Made by a program: the position numbers and the translations under genes. Of a stretch of DNA of 21,307 nucleotides, positions 7,714 through 16,316 are shown piece after piece. The notes below the pieces were generated by a model. The model was given only the letters and a program-made list of their open reading frames with translations. It searched no databases and was not told the DNA's origin. This stretch comes from Planctomycetota bacterium. Lineage in GTDB: Bacteria; Planctomycetota; SZUA-567; H5-PLA8. The stretch lies in the NCBI GenBank assembly GCA_045863855.1, contig BTVV01000106.1, positions 1-21,307 on the forward strand, in the 5' to 3' direction. Every line of letters begins with the position of its first letter. The stretch's first letter is position 1.

Positions 7714-8949
7714 ATGTCTACGCCAAACCAGCCCACGGGGCTGCCCAACGGTTTTCCCGATCCCAACGCGCGGCGCATGAGCCTGCTGCCGCCGTATTTG
7801 CTGGGACGGATCAACGCCTACAACGACGAACTGCGCGCCCAAGGCGTCGACGTGATCGACCTCGGCATGGGCAATCCCGTCGACCCGATCCAGGCCGAAG
7901 TGCTCGAAACGATGCGTGCATCGCTCGGCGAGGTGCCCAACCATCGCTACAGCCAGGCCAAGGGGATTCTGCCGCTCAAACAGGCCTTCGCGCGACACTA
8001 CGCGCGGCATTTCAAGGTCGAGTTGGATCCCAAAGAGGAGATCATCGCGACCATCGGCAGCAAGGAAGCCTTCAGCCACTTGATGCTGGGGATGCTGGGA
8101 CCCGGCGATTCGTGCGTGGTGCCGACCCCGGCCTTCACGATCCACATGTACGCGCCGCAGATCGCCGGAGCCAGCGTAATTGGCGTGTACATGAAGGAAG
8201 AGCAGCCTGGGCCGCAGTTGCTCGCGGACATCAAATACGCGCTCGAAACCGTCCGCCCGCGCCCGAAGCTCCTGATTCTGAACTTCCCGCATAACCCCAC
8301 CGCGCGGACGGTGGACTTGGGCTTTTACGAAGAGGCCGTGGCGCTGGGCAAGCACTTCGGCGTCTGGGTGCTCAACGATTTCGCCTACGGCCACTCGTGC
8401 TTCGACGGCTACCAGGCGCCCAGCATCCTGCAGGTCAAAGGCGCGAAGGATATCGCGGTCGAAACCTTCACCATGTCCAAGCCCTACAACATGGCCGGCT
8501 GGCGCGTGGGCTTCCTGGCCGGCTCGCGCCATCTCGTCGATATCCTGGCGCGGATCAAGGGCTACTTCGATTACGGCATCTTTCAGTGCATCCAACTTTC
8601 CGCGGTCACGGCGCTCGATGGCGGCGATACGCTCATCAAGCAGCAGTCGCTGCTTTACGAGAAGCGCCGTGACGCGTTGCTCGAAGGCCTCAAAAAGGCC
8701 GGCTGGAAGAAGACGATCAAAAATCGCGGCACCATGTTCAGTTGGCAGCCGCTGCCCGACCATCCGAAAGTGAAGGGCATGAACTCGGTGGACTTCTGCT
8801 TCACGCTCGCCCGGGAGACCGGCGTCAGCTTCACGCCGGGCGGCGGGTTCGGTCCCGAAGGCGACAGCCACCTGCGCATGGCGCTGGTGGCGCCCGAAGC
8901 GCGTATCGCCGAAGCCTGTGCGCGCATCGGAAAATTTTTGCAGGCTTGA
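7714..8949 (+). CDS. alaC: PLP-dependent aminotransferase class I/II, AlaC (YfdZ)-like
   Basis: IDLGMGNP, TIGSKE, NFPHNPT, DFAY, SKPYNMAGWRVGF (PLP lysine) and LARIKGYFDYG closely follow AlaC. Substrate (Ala versus LL-DAP) not provable from sequence. Start set at ATG 7714 (7777 is an alternative). Confidence 0.9.
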   Translation: MSTPNQPTGLPNGFPDPNARRMSLLPPYLLGRINAYNDELRAQGVDVIDLGMGNPVDPIQAEVLETMRASLGEVPNHRYSQAKGILPLKQAFARHYARHFKVELDPKEEIIATIGSKEAFSHLMLGMLGPGDSCVVPTPAFTIHMYAPQIAGASVIGVYMKEEQPGPQLLADIKYALETVRPRPKLLILNFPHNPTARTVDLGFYEEAVALGKHFGVWVLNDFAYGHSCFDGYQAPSILQVKGAKDIAVETFTMSKPYNMAGWRVGFLAGSRHLVDILARIKGYFDYGIFQCIQLSAVTALDGGDTLIKQQSLLYEKRRDALLEGLKKAGWKKTIKNRGTMFSWQPLPDHPKVKGMNSVDFCFTLARETGVSFTPGGGFGPEGDSHLRMALVAPEARIAEACARIGKFLQA

Positions 8950-8982
8950 AGAACGCCGCGAGCGACCCAGAATAACCGCGCC

Positions 8983-9813
8983 ATGAACGATACCGAAAAG
9001 CCCCAGCCCATGCCCGAAGACGCGGCCGCCGAATCCGGCGCCGATGCGGCGGAGGCCGCGCCGCCGCCGAAACCCAAGCGCCGACGGAACAAGAAACTCG
9101 ACTTGAGCCACTCGCGGCTCGCCGAAGATGCCGAAACCGCCCCGGTTACGGCCGAACCACAGCCGGAGCAAGCGCGGCAAGCCCCCGCCGAAGAGACCCA
9201 GGCAACCGAAGCCGCTGCGCCGGCCGCCGAAGAGGAGCACGAGCCCGTCGAGGGCGACGCGGAGTCGGATGCCGAGCCGGAACCTGAGATCGATCTCGTC
9301 GCGCTTCAGCGCACGCTCGAAGCGCTGCTCTTTTCGGCAGATCACGCGCTGAGCACGCGCGAACTGGGCCGCGCGGCAGGCGTCAAAGTCGTGACCGTCC
9401 GTAAAGCGATGCGCGAACTCGGCTTGCGCTACGACGTCGAACAGCGCGCATGGATGCTTTCCGAAGTCGCCGGCGGCTGGCAGCTCGTCACGCGCCCCGA
9501 TTTTCATCCGGCGATCCAGAAGCTCCGCGCCAGCCGTTCGCAACGCAAGCTGACCCAAGCCGCGCTCGAAACCCTGGCCCTCATCGCCTACAGCAAAGAG
9601 CCGATCGGACGGTCCGAGATCGAAGGCGTGCGCGGCGTAGAAGCCGGTGCGGTCCTGCGCCAGCTCCTCGACCGCAAGCTGATCAAAATCGCCGGCCGCG
9701 GCACGGGCCTCGGCCAGCCGCTCCTCTACGCCGTCTCCAACGAATTCCTCGAGCATTTCGGATTGAAATCGGCCGCCGAATTGCCGCGCAGCGGCGAACT
9801 CAAAGGCATGTAG
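8983..9813 (+). CDS. scpB: SMC-Scp complex subunit ScpB with long acidic N-terminal extension
   Basis: LEALLFSA, EVAGGWQLVTRP, LTQAALETLALIAY, RSEIEGVRGV and PLLY..FLEHFGL..ELP motifs. Confidence 0.95.
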   Translation: MNDTEKPQPMPEDAAAESGADAAEAAPPPKPKRRRNKKLDLSHSRLAEDAETAPVTAEPQPEQARQAPAEETQATEAAAPAAEEEHEPVEGDAESDAEPEPEIDLVALQRTLEALLFSADHALSTRELGRAAGVKVVTVRKAMRELGLRYDVEQRAWMLSEVAGGWQLVTRPDFHPAIQKLRASRSQRKLTQAALETLALIAYSKEPIGRSEIEGVRGVEAGAVLRQLLDRKLIKIAGRGTGLGQPLLYAVSNEFLEHFGLKSAAELPRSGELKGM

Positions 9814-9847
9814 CTTCATTCGCCGATGGCAAGCTAAGGAGCGGTAC

Positions 9848-10678
9848 ATGGCGCGCGTAACGGTACGGATGATAGGCGCGATCGCCGGTCTGCTATTGGC
9901 CGCGGGCTGCAGCAAGCCCGACGCCACGCCGCCCAAGACGCCTCCCATTCCGGTGGCCGTGCCCACGCCCACCGAACCCGCCCCGGTGAAAGCCGCCGAA
10001 TTCGCCAACCCCAAGCCCGACCTCTGTCCCGTCAGCGGCGACCCCATCGACCCGCAAGTAACCTTCGAAGCCGGCGGCAAGAAGTACGCGTTCTGCTGCG
10101 AGCATTGCATGGAAGATTTCAAAGCCGAACCGGCCAAATATCTTCCCGCGGCCGGCGCACCGCCCGCCAAGCCCGCGGAATCCCCGCCCGCCGCCCCTGC
10201 CGATTGGTCCGCGCTGGAGTTCGGCAAGAAGACCAAACACTCCGTCGCCATGCCCCAGACCTGGAAAAGCGAAGAACGCGCCAACAACCTGCGCCTCTGC
10301 CAAGTCCGCGTCCCGAAGTCCGAAGGCGACGCCGACGATGCCGAACTGGTCGTCTTCTCCTTCCCGGCCGCCGGCGGCGTGGAAGGCAACCTCAAGCGCT
10401 GGGCCGGACAGTTCGGCGGCGAAGACGCGCTGCGCGGGCGCAAGGACGATCTGCCCACGGCCGGCGGCCAGAAGGCCAGCATCGTCGAATACGAAGGCAC
10501 CTACACCGGCATGAATCCGCAGGCCGAAGGCACGCTCGCGCCGAAAGCGGAATACAAGATGTTGATCGGCGTGATCCACGCCGAGGACGCGCAATACTAT
10601 TTGAAGCTCGTCGGCCCGCAGCAAACCATCGACGCGCAAGCCGACGCCTTCTACAAAATGATTCAGTCCTTCAAATAA
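9848..10678 (+). CDS. Lipoprotein with YHS/TRASH-type metal-binding domain and C-terminal PsbP/Mog1-like domain of unknown function
   Basis: AAGGA RBS, lipobox LAAG-C21, Pro-rich linkers, CPVSG..YAFCCEHC..F..EPAKY, and C-terminal GGVEGNLKRWAGQF..YLKLVGP. Confidence 0.82.
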   Translation: MARVTVRMIGAIAGLLLAAGCSKPDATPPKTPPIPVAVPTPTEPAPVKAAEFANPKPDLCPVSGDPIDPQVTFEAGGKKYAFCCEHCMEDFKAEPAKYLPAAGAPPAKPAESPPAAPADWSALEFGKKTKHSVAMPQTWKSEERANNLRLCQVRVPKSEGDADDAELVVFSFPAAGGVEGNLKRWAGQFGGEDALRGRKDDLPTAGGQKASIVEYEGTYTGMNPQAEGTLAPKAEYKMLIGVIHAEDAQYYLKLVGPQQTIDAQADAFYKMIQSFK

Positions 10679-10681
10679 TCC

Positions 10682-12310
10682 CTATTCCGCGCGCATCCTG
10701 CTCAACGCAGGCGCGATCAGCGACTCCAGCGGCGCGTGCTCGTCGGTCAGCACGCAAACCCCCGGCCGCCGCTTAAGCTCCGCCATTTCTTCCTTCGGAA
10801 TCAACGAACCGTGCATCGGGCCCGTATGCCCGCGCTTCCAGTCGAAGGTCGGCATCGGCGCGCGCCGCGCAACCAAGATAAAGTTGTTCATGCCCTGGGG
10901 CGGGCCGGAGCGTTCCGCAGAGAAAACATACACGTACGGAAACACCTGCTCCAGCGTCGCCACGAAAGCGCCCACCACGCGCCCGCTTTGCCAATCGTCG
11001 ATCACGTTCACCACATAGGAACCGCTGTCCGTCAGGTGTGCCGAAAGCTCCCGCACGAACTCCACCGTAGCCAACTGGTAGGGCATCGAGAACGAGCTGT
11101 ACGCGTCGCCGTAAATCAGTTCGAAGCGCCGCTCGGGCTCGAACTCGGCCACGGCGTTGCGCGCATCCAGCGCCACCGTGCGAATCGCCGTATCGCGCGG
11201 CAATCCCAGCGCCGCGTGGTTCGCTTCCGTCACGCCGGGGTCGATCTCGGCGACGAGCACCTCCGCGCCCGGCCAGCGCCGCAGCACCCAGCGCGGAAAC
11301 GTATAGCTCCCGCCTCCGATCACGAAAACCTTCGGCACTTCTCCCGCCGGCGTCGCGCGCTCCGCCGCGTCGCGCGTCACCCGCTCGAAGGGCATGAACA
11401 AGTACTCCACATCGTCCACGTCCAGCCAGCCGTGTTCGAGCCACTCGATTTGAAGAATCCGGATCGTGCGCCGCTTTCCGTCGCGCTCGAACACCCGTTC
11501 GTAGACCATCACGTGCTGGTACGGACTGTCGGTCTCGAAGAGCAGCCCCGGTTCGGCTTGCAGCCCCAGCGATCGCGCGGCCGGCTCCAGAGGCGGCAGG
11601 CGGCCGCGTGAAGCCAGCAGGAGCGCCACCAGCGCCGCGATCCAACCCGCGTGCAGCGCGCGCCACGGTCCCAGCGCCAGGCCGCCCAAGGCCAGCACCA
11701 GCGCCACGCCCAGCACCACCTGCGTCGAGCCCAGCCACGGCACGAGCCAGAAGCCCGTCGCCAGCGTCCCCACAATGCTCCCCGCCGTGCCCCACGCGTA
11801 CACCGATCCCAGCGCCGTCCCGGTGCGCGTCGCGCCGGACACCGCCCACTTCGCCGCGCCCGGCGAGATCAGCCCCAGCAGCACCGCCGGCCATAGGAAG
11901 ATCGCCAGCACCGTCGTGAAGATCCGCGCCGGCCACGGCCAGCCGCTCAACCAGCCGTACGAGACGAAGCCGCGATTCAATAGCAGCGTCAGCACGCTCG
12001 CGGCGCTCGCTGCCAGAAACAGCCAGCCCAGCGTCGCACGCGGCTCGCGGCGATCGGCCAGCCGCCCGCCCAGCGCATTGCCCAGCGTCAACCCCGCGAG
12101 CATCACGCCGATCACGGACGTCCACGTGTAAAGCGAATTGCCCAGATGCCGCGCGATCAGCCGCGCCGCGACCAACTCCAAGATCATCAGACTGGCGGAA
12201 CTGACGAAGACCAGCAGTTGGGGCGTAAATCGAAATCGCTCGGGAGACGCCGGTTCGGTGGGATTCACGCCGCGTTTCTTACCCAAAGCCGCGACTCGGC
12301 GCAAGATCAA
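10682..12310 (-). CDS. Fused membrane (MFS-like) / spermidine-synthase-like SAM-dependent protein
   Basis: About seven hydrophobic segments with MILELVAARLIARHLGNSLYTW and VYAWGTAGSIVG, then DSPYQHV, VIGGGSY, EIDP, GDAYS and LTDEHAP. Start uncertain (TTG 12310 or GTG 12268). Confidence 0.9.
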   Translation of the reverse strand: MILRRVAALGKKRGVNPTEPASPERFRFTPQLLVFVSSASLMILELVAARLIARHLGNSLYTWTSVIGVMLAGLTLGNALGGRLADRREPRATLGWLFLAASAASVLTLLLNRGFVSYGWLSGWPWPARIFTTVLAIFLWPAVLLGLISPGAAKWAVSGATRTGTALGSVYAWGTAGSIVGTLATGFWLVPWLGSTQVVLGVALVLALGGLALGPWRALHAGWIAALVALLLASRGRLPPLEPAARSLGLQAEPGLLFETDSPYQHVMVYERVFERDGKRRTIRILQIEWLEHGWLDVDDVEYLFMPFERVTRDAAERATPAGEVPKVFVIGGGSYTFPRWVLRRWPGAEVLVAEIDPGVTEANHAALGLPRDTAIRTVALDARNAVAEFEPERRFELIYGDAYSSFSMPYQLATVEFVRELSAHLTDSGSYVVNVIDDWQSGRVVGAFVATLEQVFPYVYVFSAERSGPPQGMNNFILVARRAPMPTFDWKRGHTGPMHGSLIPKEEMAELKRRPGVCVLTDEHAPLESLIAPALSRMRAE

Positions 12311-12315
12311 GCGGC

Positions 12316-13356
12316 CTACTCTTCCTCTTCCACCGCCGGCTTTTCCGTCTTCTTCGCGCCTTCCGGCTTCGCGCCGCCGGCCAACGGATCCAGCGGGTTC
12401 GCCGCCACCGCCGCCGCGCCGGCTTCCTCGACCACCAATTCCAGCCGCGTCGTGCCACGGCGCTTATCGGCGCCCGTGCACGTCGCCGTGAACTTGTAGC
12501 GCCCGGCCTTCGTGCCCGTGCCGCTCAATTCGCCTTCCTTCGAGAGCGTGAAGCCCTCCGGCAAACCCTGCGCTTCGTACGTCAGCGGACGCGCGCCGCC
12601 GCGCGCACTCAGCTTCTGCGTAAACGCCTGGCCCACCCGGGCCGCGTTCAGCGACTCCGTAACCCAGACCGGCTCCAGCTTCAGCGGCAGGCCGTACGGC
12701 TTGAGCTTGCCGCCCGGGACCATGCCTTTGCCGCGTGGAATCTGCGCGTTCCAGCCCAGCACCAGTTGCGGAGCGTCCCCGCCTTTCTCTTTGCTGCGCA
12801 CGCGTACTTGCGCTTCGCTGCCCGGCTCGAGCATCAGGACAAGCCCGTAGTTCGGGCGCTGCTTCATCGCCCACGCCTGCGCCAGCGGCGTCACGTCGAA
12901 CTCCAGCCACCAGCCCGCCTCGCCGCCCATGTCCGTCGTCACGTTGCAGCCGGCCACCGCGATCGGATCCCAATCCCCGCCGTTGTTCACCCACTGGTCG
13001 TCTTCGAGACACAGATCCCAGCTCGCGAACTTCTGGCTCCAGGCGCGCGCCAGCGCGTGGCAGCGGATCGTCTCGGTGCTCTTCGGCCGGCCGATGTTCC
13101 ACGCCTTGATCCGCAGCAACGCCTGAGTCGGCGCTCGCTTCACTTGCTCGAGATCGAACTTCAAGAGCGCGCGGAACTGCCGCCCGTCCGCGCCGCCGTA
13201 AATCTGAAACTCGTCGCGTTCACCGCGGCCGCCCGGCCGGCCCGTCGCGTCGGGCGTCAGATACGTATCGTCGGTGGGCGTCAGCGTCAGCGGGTCCGTC
13301 TGAGCCCACACACCGGCCTGAATCCATACCAACACCCAAAGCCACATCGATCGCAT
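12316..13356 (-). CDS. Secreted protein with DNRLRE/CBM96-like domain and putative Ig-like (He_PIG-type) domain
   Basis: GGAG RBS before ATG 13356, signal peptide (..AGVWAQ), PTDDTYL, RALLKFDL, FDVTPLAQAW..NYGLVL..SKE..PQLV, then GGARPLTY..GLPEGFTLS..G.LSGT..GRY.F. Confidence 0.82.
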   Translation of the reverse strand: MRSMWLWVLVWIQAGVWAQTDPLTLTPTDDTYLTPDATGRPGGRGERDEFQIYGGADGRQFRALLKFDLEQVKRAPTQALLRIKAWNIGRPKSTETIRCHALARAWSQKFASWDLCLEDDQWVNNGGDWDPIAVAGCNVTTDMGGEAGWWLEFDVTPLAQAWAMKQRPNYGLVLMLEPGSEAQVRVRSKEKGGDAPQLVLGWNAQIPRGKGMVPGGKLKPYGLPLKLEPVWVTESLNAARVGQAFTQKLSARGGARPLTYEAQGLPEGFTLSKEGELSGTGTKAGRYKFTATCTGADKRRGTTRLELVVEEAGAAAVAANPLDPLAGGAKPEGAKKTEKPAVEEEE

Positions 13357-13459
13357 CGCTTGCTCCCCGGCATAGTGCTGCCCCGGCGCAGGATACCCCA
13401 AAAGAGTGGTCTATACCACCTGGAAGTGCTTCTGAATCCACGCCTAATAGGGACCCAAT

Positions 13460-13490
13460 AAAAAAGGGCTTCCCGCTTGGCGAGAAGCCC
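13460..13490 (-). terminator. Intrinsic terminator downstream of the cNMP-binding gene
   Basis: Minus strand GGGCUUCUCGC-CAA-GCGGGAAGCCC followed by U6. The 11 bp stem has one G-U pair that works only on the minus strand. Confidence 0.88.
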
Positions 13491-13518
13491 CTTTATGAGC
13501 TTACAGAGATGGATCCGC

Positions 13519-14025
13519 TTAGCGCTTCTTCAACAACGCCGCCTTCTTCCGAGCCACGCGACCCGTCAACTCGGCGATCTTGCGGTCGGCTTCCACCAGC
13601 CGTTCGGCCAGGATCCGCGCGAGGTTCACCGTGATCTGCATCGCGATCGGGTCCTGCGTCTCCAACTTCTTCCGGTACACGTCGCTGGGCAGGACGCCGA
13701 CAATGACGGGCGTAGCCGCGCGGACGGCGGCGATGCGCGGAGCGTTATTCAGCAGCGCGATCTCCCCGAAGAAGTCCGGCGCATCCAGTTCCGCCAGCCG
13801 GAAATGCCCCTTCGACGAACTCTTGATCACGCCCACCTTGCCGCGGCAAAGCATGTACAACCCGTCCGCCTCTTGGCCTTCGCGGAAAAGCAACTGCTGC
13901 TCGGGGTAATCCCGACGCTGCAACCAGGTCATCAATTCGTCCACCTGGGCCTTCGAAAGCCCCTGGAAAATGTTCACCTTCGGCACGGTCTGCTTGAGCA
14001 TCGGCGTTTCGCCTGCGACGGACAT
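13519..14025 (-). CDS. Stand-alone cyclic-nucleotide-binding domain protein
   Basis: GGAGGT RBS before ATG 14025. LFREGQEADGLYML..GKV and phosphate-binding cassette FFGEIALLNNAPRIAAVRA. Ends after the C-helix with no HTH. Confidence 0.92.
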   Translation of the reverse strand: MSVAGETPMLKQTVPKVNIFQGLSKAQVDELMTWLQRRDYPEQQLLFREGQEADGLYMLCRGKVGVIKSSSKGHFRLAELDAPDFFGEIALLNNAPRIAAVRAATPVIVGVLPSDVYRKKLETQDPIAMQITVNLARILAERLVEADRKIAELTGRVARKKAALLKKR

Positions 14026-14196
14026 GTCAGCACCTCCCCATGAGCCCGTATGTCTGGATCTGCCACTCTTTGATGTGTAAATGCGTATGTAGCCTAGCGC
14101 CGACCGAGAATTACCCAAGAGCAGAAGCGGCCCTCGAACGCCTATCGCAAAGCCCGGCATGGCCGCTATGCTGAACGGACCACCGAGTACGCCTAC

Positions 14197-15426
14197 ATGG
14201 ATCCCGTCGTTCTCATCGTCTTCGGCATCGTATACTTGGGCATGCTTGCCGGCCGGTTGCCGTTCCTGGCCATCGACCGCACCGGCGTGGCGGTCCTGGG
14301 CGCCATTGCGCTGCTGGCCAGCGGGCGGCTGAACCTCAAGGAAGTCTGGGACGCGCAAGATGTCCCGACGCTCGCGCTGCTGCTGGGATTCATGGTCCTC
14401 AGCGCACAGCTTCGCCTAGGCGGCTTTTATTCACGCGTGACGCAGCGCATCGCCGGTGCGCAGGTCTCACCGGTCCGGCTCCTGGGTCTCGTTATCGCCG
14501 TCGCGGGCATTCTCTCGGCGCTGCTGGCCAACGACATCGTCTGCTTGGCCATGGCCCCGCTGCTGGCCCACGGTTGCTGGCGGCGTGGACTCGATCCCAT
14601 CCCGTTCCTGCTCGCGCTCGCCTGCGCCTCCAACGTGGGCTCCGCAGCGACCCTGATCGGCAATCCGCAAAACATGCTCATCGGCCAAGCCCTCGCCCTC
14701 GACTTCGCCGGGTACGCAAAGACGGCCCTCGTCCCCAGCGTCCTGGGTTTAGGGCTCACCTGGGGCCTGCTGGGGTGGCTCTACCGCGAGCGCTGGGAGC
14801 TACCCGCCAGCGCGGCGACGAGCGAGCCGCCCGATGCCGAAACGCCTGATTTTAACGCGTGGCAGACGTCCAAGGGGCTGGCGCTCGTGGTCTTGACGGT
14901 CGCCGCGTTTCTCTTCTCCGACTGGCCTCGCGAAGTCCTGGCCTTGGCTGCCGCCGGGATCTGCCTCGCCAGCCGGCGCATGGCCACGCGCCCGATGCTG
15001 GGACTCGTCGACTGGCATCTGCTGCTGCTCTTTATGGGCCTTTTCGTCGTCAACCACGCGCTCCAGGCCAGTGGCGCGCTCGATACGGCGATTCGATCCG
15101 TACGCGAATCCGGCATCGATCCGGCGCACCCCGGCTGGCTCTTCGGCGTGACTGTGGCGCTCTCGAACCTCGTCAGCAACGTGCCCGCCGTGATGCTCCT
15201 GCTGCCCGTGGCGACGCACGAACAAGCCGGACCGATCCTCGCACTCGCCAGCACCTTGGCGGGCAACCTGATTCTGGTGGGCAGCATCGCGAATCTGATC
15301 GTCGCCGAACAGGCCGGGATGCTGGGCTTGAAGATCGATTGGAAGACCCACGCGCGGGTCGGCGTGCCCGTCACGCTGAGCACGCTGGCCGTGGCCGCGG
15401 GATGGCTGTGGCTAACCGCCGGCTGA
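14197..15426 (+). CDS. Ion-transporter superfamily permease (ArsB/NhaD/CitMHS, YbiR-like anion transporter)
   Basis: Very hydrophobic, about 11-12 TM. Motifs IDRTG, LSALLAND, ASNVGSAATLIGNPQN, SNLVSNVPA and STLAGNLILVGSIANLIV. Confidence 0.92.
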   Translation: MDPVVLIVFGIVYLGMLAGRLPFLAIDRTGVAVLGAIALLASGRLNLKEVWDAQDVPTLALLLGFMVLSAQLRLGGFYSRVTQRIAGAQVSPVRLLGLVIAVAGILSALLANDIVCLAMAPLLAHGCWRRGLDPIPFLLALACASNVGSAATLIGNPQNMLIGQALALDFAGYAKTALVPSVLGLGLTWGLLGWLYRERWELPASAATSEPPDAETPDFNAWQTSKGLALVVLTVAAFLFSDWPREVLALAAAGICLASRRMATRPMLGLVDWHLLLLFMGLFVVNHALQASGALDTAIRSVRESGIDPAHPGWLFGVTVALSNLVSNVPAVMLLLPVATHEQAGPILALASTLAGNLILVGSIANLIVAEQAGMLGLKIDWKTHARVGVPVTLSTLAVAAGWLWLTAG

Positions 15427-16200
15427 CGCCGCGCGCACCAAAGCTTCGAAGAGTGCACGCTGCCGCGCATCCTCGGGCATGCGTTCGGGATGCCATTGCA
15501 CGCCCAGCACGAAGCGATTTCCGCGCGCGAAAGCCGCGCCGCTCGCCGGCTCGATGGCTTCAATCACCCCGTCGGGCGCCCACGCCGTCGCCCGCAAGCC
15601 GTCCCCCACTCGCTCCGGCTTCACCGCCTGATGATGGAAGCTGTTGGAGGCCACATCGCCGCCGTCCGCCGCCTGCAGCGTGCGCGCCAGCAGCGAATCG
15701 GCCTCGACCTTCAATGCGTGCCGGTAGTGGTAGCCCGCCTCTCCCGGGCGCTGATCCCGCGCATGCGGCAACGTGCCGTCCGCAACCCACTCGCTTTTCA
15801 AATCCTGGACCAGCGCGCCGCCGCGCGCCAGGCTAATCAACTGGCAGCCGCCGCAAACGCCCAGCACCGGCAGCGCCGTCGCGTCCAGCACGCGCCGCGC
15901 CAGCGCCAGATCGAAGCGGTCGCGCCGCGCATCCATCAGTTCTTCCGCACGCTGCACGCGGCCCGCGTAATGCCGCGGATCGTAGTCCGGGCCTCCGATG
16001 AAGCAGAATCCGTCCAGCGGCTCAAGCGCCGCCTCCAGCAAATCTTCCGACTCCAGCGGCGGGATCACCAGCGGAATGCCGCCGGCACGCACGACCGCGT
16101 CCACGTAGGCCAAGCCCACCGTCATCGCGCCCTTGGCCACGCTGCCGCCGTTGGAAACCGAAGCATTCAAACCGATTACGGGTCGTGAAGTGCGGGACAT
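15412..16200 (-). CDS. Peptidase C26 / gamma-glutamyl-gamma-aminobutyrate hydrolase (PuuD-like) glutamine amidotransferase
   Basis: RPVIG, AGGIP, GGPDYDP, LGVCGGCQ (catalytic Cys), NSFHHQAV and GVQWHPE (His-Glu). GGAGG upstream of ATG 16200. Confidence 0.93.
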   Translation of the reverse strand: MSRTSRPVIGLNASVSNGGSVAKGAMTVGLAYVDAVVRAGGIPLVIPPLESEDLLEAALEPLDGFCFIGGPDYDPRHYAGRVQRAEELMDARRDRFDLALARRVLDATALPVLGVCGGCQLISLARGGALVQDLKSEWVADGTLPHARDQRPGEAGYHYRHALKVEADSLLARTLQAADGGDVASNSFHHQAVKPERVGDGLRATAWAPDGVIEAIEPASGAAFARGNRFVLGVQWHPERMPEDARQRALFEALVRAASAGG

Positions 16201-16231
16201 GGACCGGGAATCCTCCACACGCGGACAGGGT

Positions 16232-16296
16232 AAAACGAAAAGGGTACTTCGCGGGAGCGGGCCGCGCTAGGCGACGCACTCCGGCAAAATACCCTT
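16232..16296 (-). terminator. Long G-U-containing hairpin with U-rich tail between the small ORF and the PuuD-like gene (terminator or attenuator)
   Basis: Minus-strand pairing AAGGGUA/UACCCUU, UUUU/GAAG, GCCGGAGUG/CGCUCCCGC and GUCGC/GCGGC, followed by UUCGUUUU. Confidence 0.6.
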
Positions 16297-16316
16297 CCCC
16301 CCACGCTCGAAAGGGT

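Noticed and set aside
7672..10500. 942 aa antisense ORF spanning alaC, scpB and the lipoprotein
   Set aside because: Shadow frame of three well-supported + strand genes in high-GC DNA. No recognisable motifs, and its composition changes where the sense frame changes.
14026..14358. N-terminal extension of the cNMP ORF in the track (279 aa)
   Set aside because: It overlaps the start of the permease on the other strand. The strong GGAGGT RBS supports ATG 14025.
15412..15426. 15 bp overlap of convergent permease and PuuD-like 3' ends (also the 3 bp gap at 10679-10681)
   Set aside because: Short convergent overlaps are common in compact high-GC genomes. Nothing else suggests antisense regulation.
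7714..16200. A coherent polyamine cluster (aminotransferase, spermidine-synthase fusion, permease, PuuD-like)
   Set aside because: The genes are on different strands and in separate transcription units, no PuuA-like ligase or polyamine ABC transporter is present, and the family labels are too broad.
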